Source: Octopus vulgaris (lineage: Eukaryota). From it: a DNA stretch of 64,000 nt. The position numbers were made by a program, and so were the translations under genes. Where the stretch lies: NCBI GenBank assembly GCA_951406725.2, contig OX597817.1:38006001-38070000 (forward strand), in the 5' to 3' direction. Positions 12,711 to 25,718 of the stretch are shown here, piece by piece. The stretch's first letter is position 1. The number at the start of each line of letters is the position of its first letter. The notes below the pieces were generated by a model. It searched no databases. It saw only the letters and a program-made list of their open reading frames with translations, and had not been told where the DNA came from.

Positions 12711-13110
12711 GGCGCAGGAGTGGCTGTGTGGTAAGTAGCTTGCTAACCAACCACATGGTTCTGGGTTCAGTCCCACTGCGTGGCATCTCGGGCAAGTGTC
12801 TTCTGCTATAGCCCCGGGCCGACCAATGCCTTGTGAGTGGATTTGGTAGACGGAAACTGAAAGAAGCCTGTCGTATATATATATATATGTGTGTGTGTGT
12901 ATGTGTTTGAGTGTCTGTGTTTGTCCCCCTAGCATTGCTTGACAACCGATGCTGGTGTGTTTACGTCCCCGTCACTTAGCGGTTCGGCAATAGAAACCGA
13001 TAGAATAAGTACTGAGCTTACAAAGAATAAGTTCCGGGGTCGATTTGCTCGACTAAAGGCGGTGCTCCAGCATAGCCGCAGTCAAATGACTGAAACAAGT
13101 AAAAAAGAGA
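12711..13110 (+). mobile_element. SINE family A (Octopus OK-like), full length
   Basis: GGCGCAGGAGTGGCTGTGTGGTAAG tRNA-like head, internal (TA)n(TG)n, tail ggtgctccagcatagccgcagtcaaatgactgaaac. At least 7 copies in the window. Confidence 0.9.
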
Positions 13111-14184
13111 AAGTGGAAATTTTACTGGTGCATGTGTTACATTATAAGGCACAAAAAGAAAATGACTCTCCCCAGACACAACAGAATATGCTTCAACACA
13201 CGAACTTATATAAAGAATCTTGCAATCCAAAAACGAAAAATGAGAAACAATCAAGAAAGAAGAGAAAATATGAACCATGATGGTAGGAAAGAATATTTTG
13301 CACAAGTCAGAATTAGAGAATTGACAAGATTTTTTTTTCTAGAAATTAAAGTATTCTGTAGCAAATGACAGGATATAACTGAGTGAGATGTTTATGGCTG
13401 ACACTGTGCTACAAATGGATCATGTAATTTCCATCGGTATGGTTAGTTAAATTGTTATCTATTACGTCATAACAAAGCCACCTTCAGTTAAACATTTCTG
13501 AAAAAGTAATTGTTCTAAAATTCCAGTTTCCTAGCTTCAAAATTATCTTTCACTACCTATCCTTTTAAGATACTTATAGAGTTTAAGAAACTCCTGGTTT
13601 AAGGAATTCATCTACAAGCAGTGATGACAATGTAAATTAAAAGAAGCAAAAATATGTAAAGACAAAGGGAGAATCTGATAATTATTAGATTAGAGAATTC
13701 TATGCAATACCTTGGCATGAATCAGCAGCCCTTTAGGATGAAACTTTAAACAATTTGTGTGTCATGTGAGATTTAAATCAGTAAAATATGTATTGATATG
13801 AACTGTTTTGTTATAAAGGCTAACATGGACTTAGCAGAACTGTTTGTACTGTTGCAACTGAACATGAACAATTCATATGCTGGCCATTAAATGAAGATTT
13901 CATTTATCTATTTGTCTTGGAGTCCCGTAAGATTGTTAGCTAATATCAGCGGAAAACAAAAAATATTTCTACGAATTATAAGCTTTTTTCGTTTGAAAAT
14001 GACTCCTCACGTCATTCAGTGAAGCTTTCATGAGAGGATATTTTACAACTTTAAGACTGATACGAATTTACACAAGTGTTATCAAGAAAATACCAGAGAT
14101 AAATGAAGCCGATATTGTTACTTTCTTTCATTATAAAATTCGTAGAATTCTAACCAATTCGTACTCTTTATAGCTTTATAAAGG

Positions 14185-15193
14185 AGGTAGTCACAGTTCT
14201 AGGACAGCACTCTACACCATATGAGATGTCATCGGGTGTACCACAGGGATCTGTCCTTGGTCCCCTCCTGTTTGTGGCATACATTAATGACATAGATGCC
14301 AATTTAAAGAATGCCACAGTATTGAAATATGCAGATGACATCAAGCTGTACCTTGAAATCAAGAGGACTGATCCTGATGTCTACAACTCTTTCCTGCAAT
14401 CAGACCTAGACACAATGCAGCAATGGATCACAGACTGGCAACTGAAACTGGCTGTGGACAAGTGTACCACCATGCATTTTGGGAGAAAAAACCCTGCGTC
14501 CACATACTCCCTCCACAACACTGATATCAAGAAATCCTCTTGCGAGCGTGACCTAGGCATCACTGTCAGCAGTGATTTGCATTGGACAAAGCATATCTCT
14601 AAAATTGTCAAGAAGGCCGGGGGTGTCTTGGCATCACTCAGCAAGACTTTTGTTAGCCGCTCTCCAGCCATCTATTTAAAACTGTATACAGCTATGGTAC
14701 GACCACACTTGGAATTCGCATCATCAGTTTGGAATCCCTATCTTGCTCAGAACATTGACCTCCTGGAATCTGTCCAGAGACGTGCAACCAAACGCATACC
14801 CTCCATCAGACACCTACCATATTCTGAGTGCCTTGTTTCCCTGGGCATGGATTCACTGAAGCTCTGGCGACGGACTTGGTAAACACCCACAAGGTTATCA
14901 ACCACCTCACCAACAACAACACTGAACACCTTTTTGATCTCCATGTGTCTAACACACGTGGACATGCCTACAAAGTCAGAAAACAACACAGCTCCCATGA
15001 CTTTCGGAAACATTTTTTCACACTCAGAGTTGCTGAAGCATGGAATAAACTGCCTGCGTCAGTTGTTGACTGCCATGACACTGCATCCTTTAAGGCCCTC
15101 ATGCTTTCCGAAATCCGCCGAAACTACACCTGATTATATATACACTTTAGATGAGTTGTAGTGCACCTGAGCACTGTACACAATTATTATTAT
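14185..15193 (+). mobile_element. 5'-truncated CR1-group LINE (RT C-terminal half plus 3' end), one frameshift
   Basis: ORF 14226-14882 has SGVPQGSVLGPLLF, YADD, ERDLG, VRPHLEFASSVWNP. Continues HVSNTRGH...FFTLRVAEAWNKLP. (ATT)n tail. Confidence 0.95.
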
Positions 15194-15494
15194 CATAAAA
15201 GAAAGAGCAAATCCTATGTCTATTGCAATGGCCTTTAATACTGGTTTGTGGAAATTCATCTCAAAACAGATCTGCTCAGAATGCTTGCATCAGAATAGAT
15301 TTTGATAAAGGTGCCCGAAAGGTGTTAAAACCAACAGATTTTCTCTATCTGCCAAGAAAGAATAAAAAAGGAGCCTGATGAACCTTCTCTCAGTCTCTTT
15401 CCATCATTTTATTTACAAAGTTGTGCGTTCACCCGAAGCTGTGGTAGAAAACATTTGCTTAAGGGAATTCACAAATGAAACCAGTCGATTGATA

Positions 15495-15653
15495 ACTCTT
15501 TTACTTGTTTCAGTCATTTGACTGCGGCCATGCTGGAGCAAATCGGCCCCATGACTTATTCTTTATAAGCCTAGTACTTACGCTAAGTTACGGGGACGTA
15601 AACACACCAGCATCGGTTTTCAAGCGATGTTGGGGGGATAGACAGACACACAA

Positions 15654-15688
<35 letters not shown>

Positions 15689-15815
15689 CTCGACGGGTTT
15701 CTTTCAGTTTCCGAGGCTATTGTAGAAGACACTTGCTCAAGGTGCCACAGTGGAACTGAACCCGGGACCATGTGGTTGGTAAGCAAGCTACTTACCACAC
15801 AGCCACTCCTGCGCC
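15495..15815 (-). mobile_element. SINE family A with internal deletions
   Basis: Reverse complement of 12711-13110 with several gaps. Confidence 0.85.
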
Positions 15816-15980
15816 TATGATGAGGTGAACTTCTTAATCATACGGTCATGCACACACTGTATGTATGTGTAATATATATATATATAGTGTTCGTGCTAAA
15901 TTTGACAGTATACATAAAAAGAAAACAATATTCCTTACAAAAATAAAAGTATTTAAAAAAAAAAAAACTATCAACTAGAT

Positions 15981-16271
15981 CAGTGCTACTCAAAGTCATG
16001 GCCCGCGGACCCGTGCCGGTCCGTGAGCCATCAGCTGCCGGTACGCGGCGAGTTTCCAAAAAAGAAAGAAACATTATAAAATGCTTATGTAATATTGTAT
16101 TATTTGTTTATAAAATAAATATAAGATAAAAAAAAATTGTCAACTTTTATTATATTCATTATACATAGTTTCCGATATAAATTAATATTACTAAGAAATA
16201 TTACCGGTCCCAGGCACATTGAAAACAAAAAAGCTTCCGGTACGCCACATCAGATAGTTTGAGAAGCATTG
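15981..16271. mobile_element. hAT (Charlie/Buster-type) MITE
   Basis: TIRs CAGTGCTACTCAAA / TTTGAGAAGCATTG (12/14). Perfect 8-bp TSD AACTAGAT (15973-15980, 16272-16279). Confidence 0.9.
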
Positions 16272-16279
16272 AACTAGAT

Positions 16280-16720
16280 TATGGCTGTAAGATAAGTTTG
16301 TTCATAGTAGCCACCCTCAGCTTCCACCACGGATTCAAGACAGCTCTGGAACCTGGTGCATGTGTTCTTCACTTTGTCCCTGGAAATATTTTCGAACATC
16401 TCTTTGATCTTGGCCACCAGTTCGGTCTCGGTGTTGCAGGCAGAGCGGTTGGTGTCTTTCTCAACCGCATCCCACACAGAGTAATCCATGGAATTACAAT
16501 TGAGAGAATTAAGGGACCAGAAACTGGGGCTGGTGAAGTCGTAGAAATTTTCCAACAACCACTTTGGATTCTTTCTGGAAGTATGGCAAGAAAATGAATC
16601 CTGCTGCTACACATATGGCTTTTCAGTAGCAACCCTCTCCAGTCAGGGATCGACCACAATCTCCAGCAGCTTCATATAGCCCTCTGAATTGAAGGTAAGG
16701 CCCTGTTCAAAGATATGGGA
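16280..16720 (-). pseudogene. Tc1/mariner-superfamily (maT/DD37D-like) transposase C-terminal relic
   Basis: WSLNSLNCNSMDYSVWDAVE matches WPPNSPDLNPLDYSVW. Ends CTRFQSCLESVVEAEGGYYE. Upstream frameshifted PYV.QQDS motif. Confidence 0.8.
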
Positions 16721-16997
16721 ATAAATTGCGGCGTGCAGACTCAGTCAGAATGTCTGCTGAATCCCTTCTTGGTAGCACGACATCGTAGTTTTCATGGCAG
16801 TTGCCGTCCATGTTATACCTTACAGTCTTTAAAGTGTTCACAGAGTATTGAACAGCAGTCATGAAGCCGGCATTTTGTTACCCGGCGCGAATCATCATGA
16901 AACGGGTAACTCTTTTCCAGTATTCAGATGGCTTCCAGTCTTCCATCTCAGCTAGCGTTTTCTCAACTACTACTTTAATCTTTATGCTCTCCAACAC

Positions 16998-17220
16998 CTA
17001 TTTCTTTATTACCCACAAGGGGCTAAACACAGAGGGGACAGACATAGGTATTAAGTCAATTACATCGACCCCAGTGCGTAACTGGTACTTAATTTATCGA
17101 CCCCGAAAGGATGAAAGGCAAAGTCGACCTCGGCGGAATTTGAACTCCCAACGTAACGACAGGCGAATACCGCTAAGCATTTCGCCCGGCGTTCTAACGT
17201 TTCTGCCAGCTCGCCGCCTT
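16998..17220 (-). mobile_element. SINE family B
   Basis: Reverse of aaggcggcgagctggcagaaacgttag...ttgtgggtaataaagaaatagg. Confidence 0.9.
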
Positions 17221-17394
17221 TATGTTCACCGCCGTTAACTGTTCACCAATACCTCTAGCTGTTCCTAAGAAAAGGAGCAGAAAATGGTCAAATTTAGCCT
17301 GAACACTTCACGTTGGGTGAAGAAGGGAGCATCTAAACGATCGCTCGACTTGCATCCAAATACCCATCAATCCTCATCGTGCCATCATAAAAGG

Positions 17395-17479
17395 GGCCAC
17401 TCTATTCATGAAAGAGAAAAAATAAGAGTGAGATAAAAGTGGCCACTCTATTCATGAAAGAGAAAAATAAGAGCGAGAT
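17395..17479. repeat. Tandem duplication, ~46-bp unit x2
   Basis: ggccactctattcatgaaagagaaaaa(a)taagag(t/c)gagat at 17395 and 17441. Confidence 0.85.
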
Positions 17480-18761
17480 GTTCATGAATTCAGAGTCTTT
17501 GATCATAGGTCTGCTCGGCGAAGGTTGACCAAGAGCTAAAAAAACAACAAAACTGTATGTGTCTTTCCAATGAATTAATAAAGCAATATTCTATTGAACA
17601 GAAAATTGTAAAATTGCTTTTTCCCCACCAAATGTGAAACACAAGCAATCTAATTACGCAATTTTGAAAAAAAATTTGCACGTACGAACTTATAAAAAAA
17701 AACAAAAAAACAGGGGAGGCAACTTTTTTTCAACATTTCCTCCTTTTACTTTTCTTCGATTTACGAGGACAATAAATTTGATTTTCGAAGCCATTCATAT
17801 ATCTAAACGGCATACTATTTTAAGCAAAACATTAGCAATTGTATATAAACACCGAAAAGTTAAAAGTAGTTAATGAAATAAGCAATATTCTTAATTATAA
17901 TTGTCTTTCTTAAGATAAAATATTGTGATTATGTAATAAACTCTAAATAGCTTTGGTGATATTCTTGATTATCTTTTCAATTGATTTCTTAACCGCTTAT
18001 ACTGTCGTAATAAAACGTTGAAATTTCATCATTGAAAATTTCTTCGTGAAATTTTTGATTTCTTTATCGAGAAAGAGTTTTATCATACAATTTCCCATAA
18101 GGGATCTAAAAATCAAGTAACTTCAGCAACTGAGTTATCTCCCTTCGCTATTGCTTTTCTATTTGAGTCTTAAGGTCCTTTCTTTGACATGAAAAATAAT
18201 TTTTTAATTATAGTCTTCTACTTATCACATTTAGCATAGTTTCAAAATCTGGTATAAATTTAAATAATCAGGAACTATTGCCGCTGTTTACTTAATAGTG
18301 TCCAACTAAGGAAACATTAAAAACGTTCTTTTTATGAAACTTGGATATCAAGTATATCACTTGGCTGACAAGTACATCTCCGAAATATATCCTTAATGAA
18401 AAATACCCGAGAGAGGATTCTCTATCGGTTAAAATTAATCATTTTCCATCACATATTTTCTCCTGTACAATGTTTCTTCAATCGCATTTTGCTCTCCTTT
18501 TCTTTCACCCACGCTATTCCCGAGTCAGTCTTTTCTAAATATTTAATCTGTCTCATCTCTTTCTTTTTTAACTTCTTTTTCCTTTTCTCTTCTGCACCGA
18601 TAATTAAAGGCCTTGTGGTTAAGATGTTGCACTCATAATCGTAAGTTCTTGATCCGGCGAGACATTTTATTTTGCTTCGACCGGGTGGTGATACAACCCG
18701 TTCGCCTCCAACTGTCCAAGATATTTTGCTGGGTCAAGAGTGGCAGGACCGAGCGAATATA

Positions 18762-19171
18762 CTCTTTTTTCTTTTTTACTTGTTTCAGTCATTTGACTGC
18801 GGCCATGCTGGAGGACCGCCTTTAGTCGAGCAAATCGACCCCGGGACTTATTCTTTGTAAGCCCAGTACTTATTCTATCGGTCTCTTTTGTCGAACCGCT
18901 AAGTTACGGGGACGTAAACACACCAGCATCGGTTGTCAAGCGATGTTGGGGGGACAAACACAGACACACAAACATATACACACACTTATATATATATATA
19001 CATATATACGACAGGCTTCTTTCAGTTTCCGTCTACCAAATCCACTCACAAGGCATTGGTCGGCCCGGGGCTATAGCAGAAGACACTTGCCCAAGATGCC
19101 ACGCAGTGGGACTGAACCCGGAACCATGTGGTTGGTTAGCAAGCTACTTACCACACAGCCACTCCTGCGCC
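18762..19171 (-). mobile_element. SINE family A, full length
   Basis: Close reverse complement of 12711-13110. Confidence 0.9.
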
Positions 19172-20519
19172 TTCTTGCAATTACATTGCATCTTCTTGCA
19201 ATTACATTAGCATCTAACTGTCAGTGAAAGTCTGGCAGACACTGCTCGCGAGTGATGGCTGTGGTTTTAATACATGCACGACGGTATTCAAAACATTCTT
19301 GAAAGAAGAAATCATGAGATCACTGAACAAGCTCAACCTCCGGTAAATCCGTTCACCTCAGAATTTAGGCTTCCTTTTGATTGATTAAAAGCAAAAGGCA
19401 ATATTTTGTAACAATTATACAAATTTAGTACCGTAGCTACCTGAGAAATGCATGAACACCACATATTCTTTCTTCTTGTACAGATCTGAAACCTTGTGTC
19501 TGTGTAAGAACTCATAACAGATAACAGCTGAGCGTGTACTTCCTGAGAGGTTGAAAACGTCACATGGAGATTATTGGTGGCCTTCACATCGAATTAACTC
19601 GAATTAATACAAAGATTTTGATTCTTTCGCTAATCAGAGGTAACAACCAATAGGTTATAAGCTCTATTGGCATCAGAAGGTTCATGTAAGGACGATATCA
19701 TATTCATACCTTTTCCAAATACACTGACAAAATTATTGCTGTTTAACTCCAGGTAAATCCTAATCAAGTGTTTTTTTAATGCGTTTCTAGGAACACATTA
19801 TTCAGTGTGCTCTATTGATTTAAGAGGGTGATGTGTGATTTGAGAGATATTTTGCTGTTATTTCCAGCAGGTTGAGTGACAGCGGCAGTTCTCTCGTTTG
19901 GAGCCGGAATTAAACGGATTATAGGCTCGATTCACTAAGAGCTTAATAGTTATTTGCTAAGTTGATGCCGTGAGTGAGTGTTAATGTAATTAACATTGCG
20001 AGTAAACAAACTTTTAATTAATTAAAATTATTGTTGTAATGACGAAAAGAAAATAGACTAATGAACTCTGGTCAAGGACGAAGGGCAGCAACTCCAAAGT
20101 TTTAGAATCATGTATGCAGTGAGGTAAACTAAGACTAACTTAATATGATCTTTGGCAAGCAAGGTGAGCTGTTCTGGCTATGTTTCAGCGTTATTTGACA
20201 AGAGGCCTCCTCAGCAAACAGTCTTTTCCGGTATTGTCCAGATCTATTGGCTGACCTTTCGAGGTCAGAGGTATCAATTAGTAGAGTGATCATGTCCAGT
20301 GAGTTACTTTCCAATAAATATAGGGTCCCGTTCCCACATAATAAGTGAACCGAATTAATGCAGAATAAAGTTTTGACCCAGAAACAACATGAAACGCTAG
20401 CACTGAATTTGAACTGATAACCTATGAATCACCTGTTCACTACAATATCCTTTCTGTCATTTTGTTTTCTCAGGATTGTTTTCTCAAAGGATTGTTGTTA
20501 TTTTTCTCAATCGACCGAA

Positions 20520-20720
20520 GTAAAGCTAAATAAACCAAAGCATTCCAGTCATGACAATCTCGTCTTCTTTTCTTTTCAGATAACGTGATCTAGCACTTCA
20601 TTATCCAATGTAATCTTAGACATCATTTTTGTGGGATAAAAGGCTATGCTTTGAGGGAAATCTAGCTGCTATTTCTAGCAAGTTGAATGACGACCTACTG
20701 AGAGGCTCCCTCAGTGGTTC
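20520..20720 (+). repeat. Representative copy of an abundant, highly diverged dispersed repeat
   Basis: Motif string aaggcattccag.c.tgaccat...attatccaatg...gatttgagggagatttggctgctatttctagcagg also at ~2910, 19740, 22600, 26980, 47050, 59220 (+) and ~8590, 17500, 21520, 33380, 33600, 35060, 62870, 63650 (-). Confidence 0.6.
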
Positions 20721-21763
20721 TGCGGTCGGTTTAATCCATGTACTTCATTAATTTCTTGCAATTACTACTGCACTACAGATGAGTGGGTCAACGATAATAT
20801 TTGTGGTGAGAAATTGATTGAATCTAATTTCTGTTTAAATATATACCTTTGAATACAGAAAATAATGAGAAACTCTGCAGATAAAAAAATATTTGTCAAT
20901 AATGCATGTTTTCATAAATTGCTCGAAGTTAAAGTCTTTTTTTTAAATTTGTGTCGTCTTTATTTTGAAACACACGCACACAAAACAAAAAAAGATAACT
21001 ATATGTATTGTATATATACTTATGGTCCCTTTTTCTTTTTTGAAGTCTGAGTTGCACTGTCTTGACAGATTTGTACTTAAACTTCCCGCGTTTTTAATCA
21101 AAACTTGTTATTAAGGTGAAAATACTTGTTTATCTACATTTCACACACACACACACACTCTCTCACCTTTTCTCTACACAGATGTTACGGACAGACAGAT
21201 GGAGATCAGTTTCTCTTTTATAATATAAAAGATTTTGTAAAAATAACTCATTATTAAGCAGATGTCTGGAGCATAAATTAATATTTTGTTGGAAGATTTT
21301 ATTTTAGAACACTTTAAAACAGGAAGTTTGAAACATGAAACTAGGAGCAGTCTCCAGTGAATTGGTATCAAAAGGGTTAACATCTTTCAATGATTGAAAT
21401 ACCCCGCCGACAAGTAAATCTTTAGGGATATTTTTGAACTTAGTACTAAAAACCAGTGAAACGTTTGTTAATGTTGATCAACTACAATTAAGTGGTAACG
21501 AGCCTTCGTGAGCCATCACTCGACCTGCTAGAAATAGCAGTCAAACAACAATCACTATATCGACACACACACTATTAAATTAAGTAAAACACACGTAGGT
21601 CCATGTGATTTCTGATATACACAGAAAAGAAGAAACAAACACGATGGTCACCGCTGGAGAACCGTTATGGAATTAAACAATTATACTTAGTAAATCTACT
21701 TAGGGCTGAGAATAATTACACAACAACACTAATAGTAACAACATGACTAAATAAATCTACATA

Positions 21764-22140
21764 GGCGTAGGAGTGGCTGTGTGGTATAGCTTGCTTACGA
21801 ACCACATGGTTCCGGGTTCAGTCCCACTACGTGGCACCTTGGGCAAGTGTCTTCTACTATAGCCTAGGGCCGACCAAAGCCTTGTGAGTGGATTTGGTAG
21901 ACAGAAACTGAAAGAAGCTTGTCGTGTATATATATATGTATATATATATATGTGCGTGTGTATACGTTTGTGTGTATTTGTCCCCCCAACATCGCTTGAC
22001 AACCGATGCTGGTATGTTTACGTCCCCATAAACTAGCGGTTCGAGAAAAGAGACTGATAGAATAAGTACTAGGCTTACAAAGAATAAGTCCTGGGGTGCT
22101 CCAGCATTGCCAGTCAAATGACTGAAACAAGTAAAAGAGG
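21764..22140 (+). mobile_element. SINE family A
   Basis: Homologous to 12711-13110. Confidence 0.9.
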
Positions 22141-22865
22141 AGTTAAATAACAAGAGCGCTTCATTTGTGAGAAGACTCGTAAAAATTGGCGCATTCTTTT
22201 AAGATGTCAGAATACGGATAAGATATTGTAAGAGATGTGACCGAACCAATAATGACAAAATATAATGAAATAATGACCCCTGCTACCTCGTCCACATCCC
22301 AAAAGAATTACTGAAGAGCTCACATTATCTGTTCGACGTGGTTTTGTAGGAACAGGATGTTGCCGAGATAAAGAGTTTATCATGGATTTTCAAAAACAAG
22401 TTAATTGTTGTTGTTAATTCCAGGTCGGGTTTAAATGCATTCTAGTTTTGAAACTTTTTCCCAAATATATCATATCCCGGACTAGAGTCCTCACTCATCC
22501 GAACATCAGCTCGCAGAACATTTCTTGACAATATACTCTCGTTAAATAGCTAAATTTTTTTATTTTATCCAACTTGTCCTTTTTATATGACGTTAAGGTA
22601 CGATTCGAGTTGAATTTAGCTGCTAATCCTAGCAGATCGACCGACCGACCATGTAGATGCTCCTCCACAGAAAAGAAAGTTGATGGTTAGTCCTAATGAC
22701 TATAAAAACTGGTACATGTTTGTTTCTGATCGAGCATTCTTCAACTCAATGCTGAACCAGTTGCAAACGAAATTCTATAAGGGTGTTTCATGGATCTCCT
22801 CGCTTCATTACATGAGTAATTATTTCGATTTTAAACGAATGAGAGCTAAATCACACCCATATAGG

Positions 22866-23040
22866 ACACTTTATAACAATATAGAAAATGGCCCTTACAC
22901 GTGGGTAACACTTTATAACAATATAGAAAATGGCCCTTACACGTGGGTAACATTTTATAACAATATAGAAAATGGCCCTTACACGTGGGTAACACTTTAT
23001 AACAATATAGAAAATGGCCCTTACACGTGGGTAACACTTT
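22866..23040. repeat. 42-bp minisatellite, 4.2 near-perfect copies
   Basis: ACACTTTATAACAATATAGAAAATGGCCCTTACACGTGGGTA at 22866, 22908, 22950 (one substitution), 22992, partial at 23034. Confidence 0.95.
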
Positions 23041-23160
23041 TTCGCATGTTGCTTCAATTTCCATGTTTTTACTTTGACAATTTATTTTTTCTACCACAGC
23101 AATGAAAACTGACAGAAATATTAAACACGTGACACAAGCGTGGCCTCCTGATCAAGGAGA

Positions 23161-23300
23161 GGCGGCGAGCTGGCAGAAACGTTAGCACACCGGGCGAAAT
23201 GCGTAGCCGTAGGGTTGATATAATCGACTTAATCCGTCTGCCTGTCCTTGTTTGTCTCCTCAGTGTTTAGCCCCTTGTGGGTAATAAATAAATAGGTCTG
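23161..23300 (+). mobile_element. SINE family B, internally deleted
   Basis: Head and tail intact, middle missing. 12-bp TSD CTGATCAAGGAG (23148-23159, 23301-23312). Confidence 0.85.
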
Positions 23301-23421
23301 CTGATCAAGGAGTTGGCGTCTCAATCATGCAGTTTCCTGTGCATTCTAACCATTGCTTCAGATCAACCAAAATTTTGTCAGAGAAACTTTATAGAATTAA
23401 ACTATATGAAAGCGCCCGTCG

Positions 23422-23467
<46 letters not shown>

Positions 23468-24626
23468 TTGAAGTCAGTGAAGGGGCAGCAGAAAATAAAA
23501 AAATAATCCAAGTATATTCATATAGTTGAAAGCTTGGCAGCCTTGTTATAGAATAAATCTTGCCTTATTGGTTGTTGCTTTAATATATATATTTCACTAA
23601 TTCTTTAGATATATCGAAAACAAAAAGGAACTACATAGAAACTAAGTTTAAACTTGTGATAATTCAAACTAGGAATCCTAAATAATTCGACCAGGAGCAC
23701 ATTTTTTAAGCCCCAAATTTACATTGCGAAGCCGTCGAGCTGGCAGAATCGTTTGCAGGTCGGACGAAATCCGTCATATTATCTCTCCCGGCTTAAGGCA
23801 GCATGCCGAGCAAAATGCTTAGCGGTTACATTCCGAGTTCAAATTCCGCTAAGGTCGACTTTACATTTCATCCTTTCGGTGTCGATAAAATAAGTACCAG
23901 TTGAGTACTGGGGTCGATGCAATCGACTTGTCTTCTCTCCTCAAAATTCGCTCGCCTCAAACTCTACTCGAGGGCGACTGTTGAGATATCTCAGTCATTT
24001 ATAGGTCATGGAAACCAGGTTTTATGAATCGTAAGGCTGAAGGAAAACAAAAAAAAAACAAAAAACAAAACATATTGCCAAAGGCTTGAATTTTAGGAAG
24101 ATGATGTCATTAATGGAATTCTTCCTTAATTAATTAAAAAGCCTCAATGTTAATTATTTTCTCAATGGCGAGAGAAAGAATTTAAATGAGGCTGTTTTAA
24201 CTTCGAATCGAAACCGAAATCTAGCAGCTTTGTTTCACTGCAAAATTTCTACATCGTCTTGCTGTTGCTTGACGAGAGAGAACCGACCGCTGGTGGCACC
24301 GAAAGACGGTATTGCTTTGTAATATCTCAACTATGAATTAACACCATAATTACCAGGAAGTCAGCTATCCAACATGACGTTGGTTAACCTCCATATCTAC
24401 AAATGAATCTGGTGAGTTCAGCACTAATCGACAGTGCAATACACTTTATTCGCTTGGTTTACAATAAAACATATCTCCGCTCAGTCTCACCTCCTATTTC
24501 CCCTTCTCTCTCTCATATATATATATAAATTTCTATTAGAATTTAATTAGTTGATATATATACAATGACATATCTATAAATATCTACTTAAAGACACACA
24601 TGCATTGCTCACAAATGCGCCTGCGA

Positions 24627-24668
<42 letters not shown>

Positions 24669-25718
24669 GTAATGAGATACTGTACTTCCCTCAAATGATT
24701 GATAAACTGCAGACTTCCGTTATTTCAAATGAGTCTGCCTCCTTCCTCACTTCTCTCTTTCTTCCCTCTGCTTTTTCGTGTTGGTTTGTTTTTGTTTTGC
24801 TTTTCTTCATAGGAATTTTTTTTTAATTATTTTAAATTCAGTAGTGGCTGTATTGGCAGAAATGGTAGAAAGTTCGTCTTTTTATATGGTTTAGTTAAAG
24901 AAAGTATTTTCATGATTATTTTATATTAATTAATAATGCTTTCTATATTACAAAATGTGAGAAACACCCGGTCCCTTTCCTTTATACACACGTGCGCGCG
25001 CGCGTACACACACACACTTGAGCAAAAAACGATGCAACTACTCCACATCCCTTTTATGAAAAACGTCTCAACACCGCCGAAAAAAATTTATCCGAAACAT
25101 GTTCTATATAGAAAACAGGAAGTTTTATCAGGCAGTCATCTCTTTCAATGTATGGTAACAGGATTTTTACCTCCACTGTAGTCCCACCCCTTCCGTACCA
25201 AAGCATGAGCAGCTGCAAATACCCATCCCATGTATTGATTATTATCTTTTAGTACTTCCTGAGAATTTATTCTTCGCTCCCAACTAAGATTTTCGTTCAC
25301 ACGTGTCTCTGCCACGTTGAAGAATTTTTTGTTTCACTCCCGCCAGGATGCCTATTACCAGTGCCTGTTATTTCCAGTTTGTCGTAAATTTCTTGCTAGT
25401 AAATCCAAAAATGCAAACTATATCCAATGCTTTGAATATCAGTATTCAAGGTATCGATCTATTTGTTTAAGAGGTCATGCTAGACGAACTAAGACCCTTT
25501 CTACTAAGTTCAATGTCAGTCACGTAAGATATTGCGGATGTAACTACAAACCTACAACATCCCGCCACCGTTGGAAGAAGAGGTTAAGCCATCATCCTCG
25601 GGCATTTCATGACCCCCTAAGTACTCTATATTTGATGCTATTCTTATTACGTACCCACTCCATATTACCTTCCCAAGGCAACTCAGCATTCGGGAAACCT
25701 TCTGTTGTTTTAGACTAA

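Noticed and set aside
12634-13305. Recurrent ORFs such as RQASFSFRLPNPLTR and FQSFDCGHAGAPP in many places
   Set aside because: Chance frames through SINE family A copies, not a gene family.
22866-23040. CRISPR-like array, or a protein with TLYNNIENGPYTWV repeats (ORF 22680-23105)
   Set aside because: Units are contiguous with no unique spacers, there are no cas genes, and the context is eukaryotic. The ORF stays open only because 42 is a multiple of 3.
24283-24300. CTCF-like motif accgctggtggcac
   Set aside because: Three mismatches to the core consensus, which is expected by chance.
24399-24417. ATGAATCTG|gtgagt as a possible first coding exon
   Set aside because: A good donor site alone, with no compatible downstream exon identified in the window.
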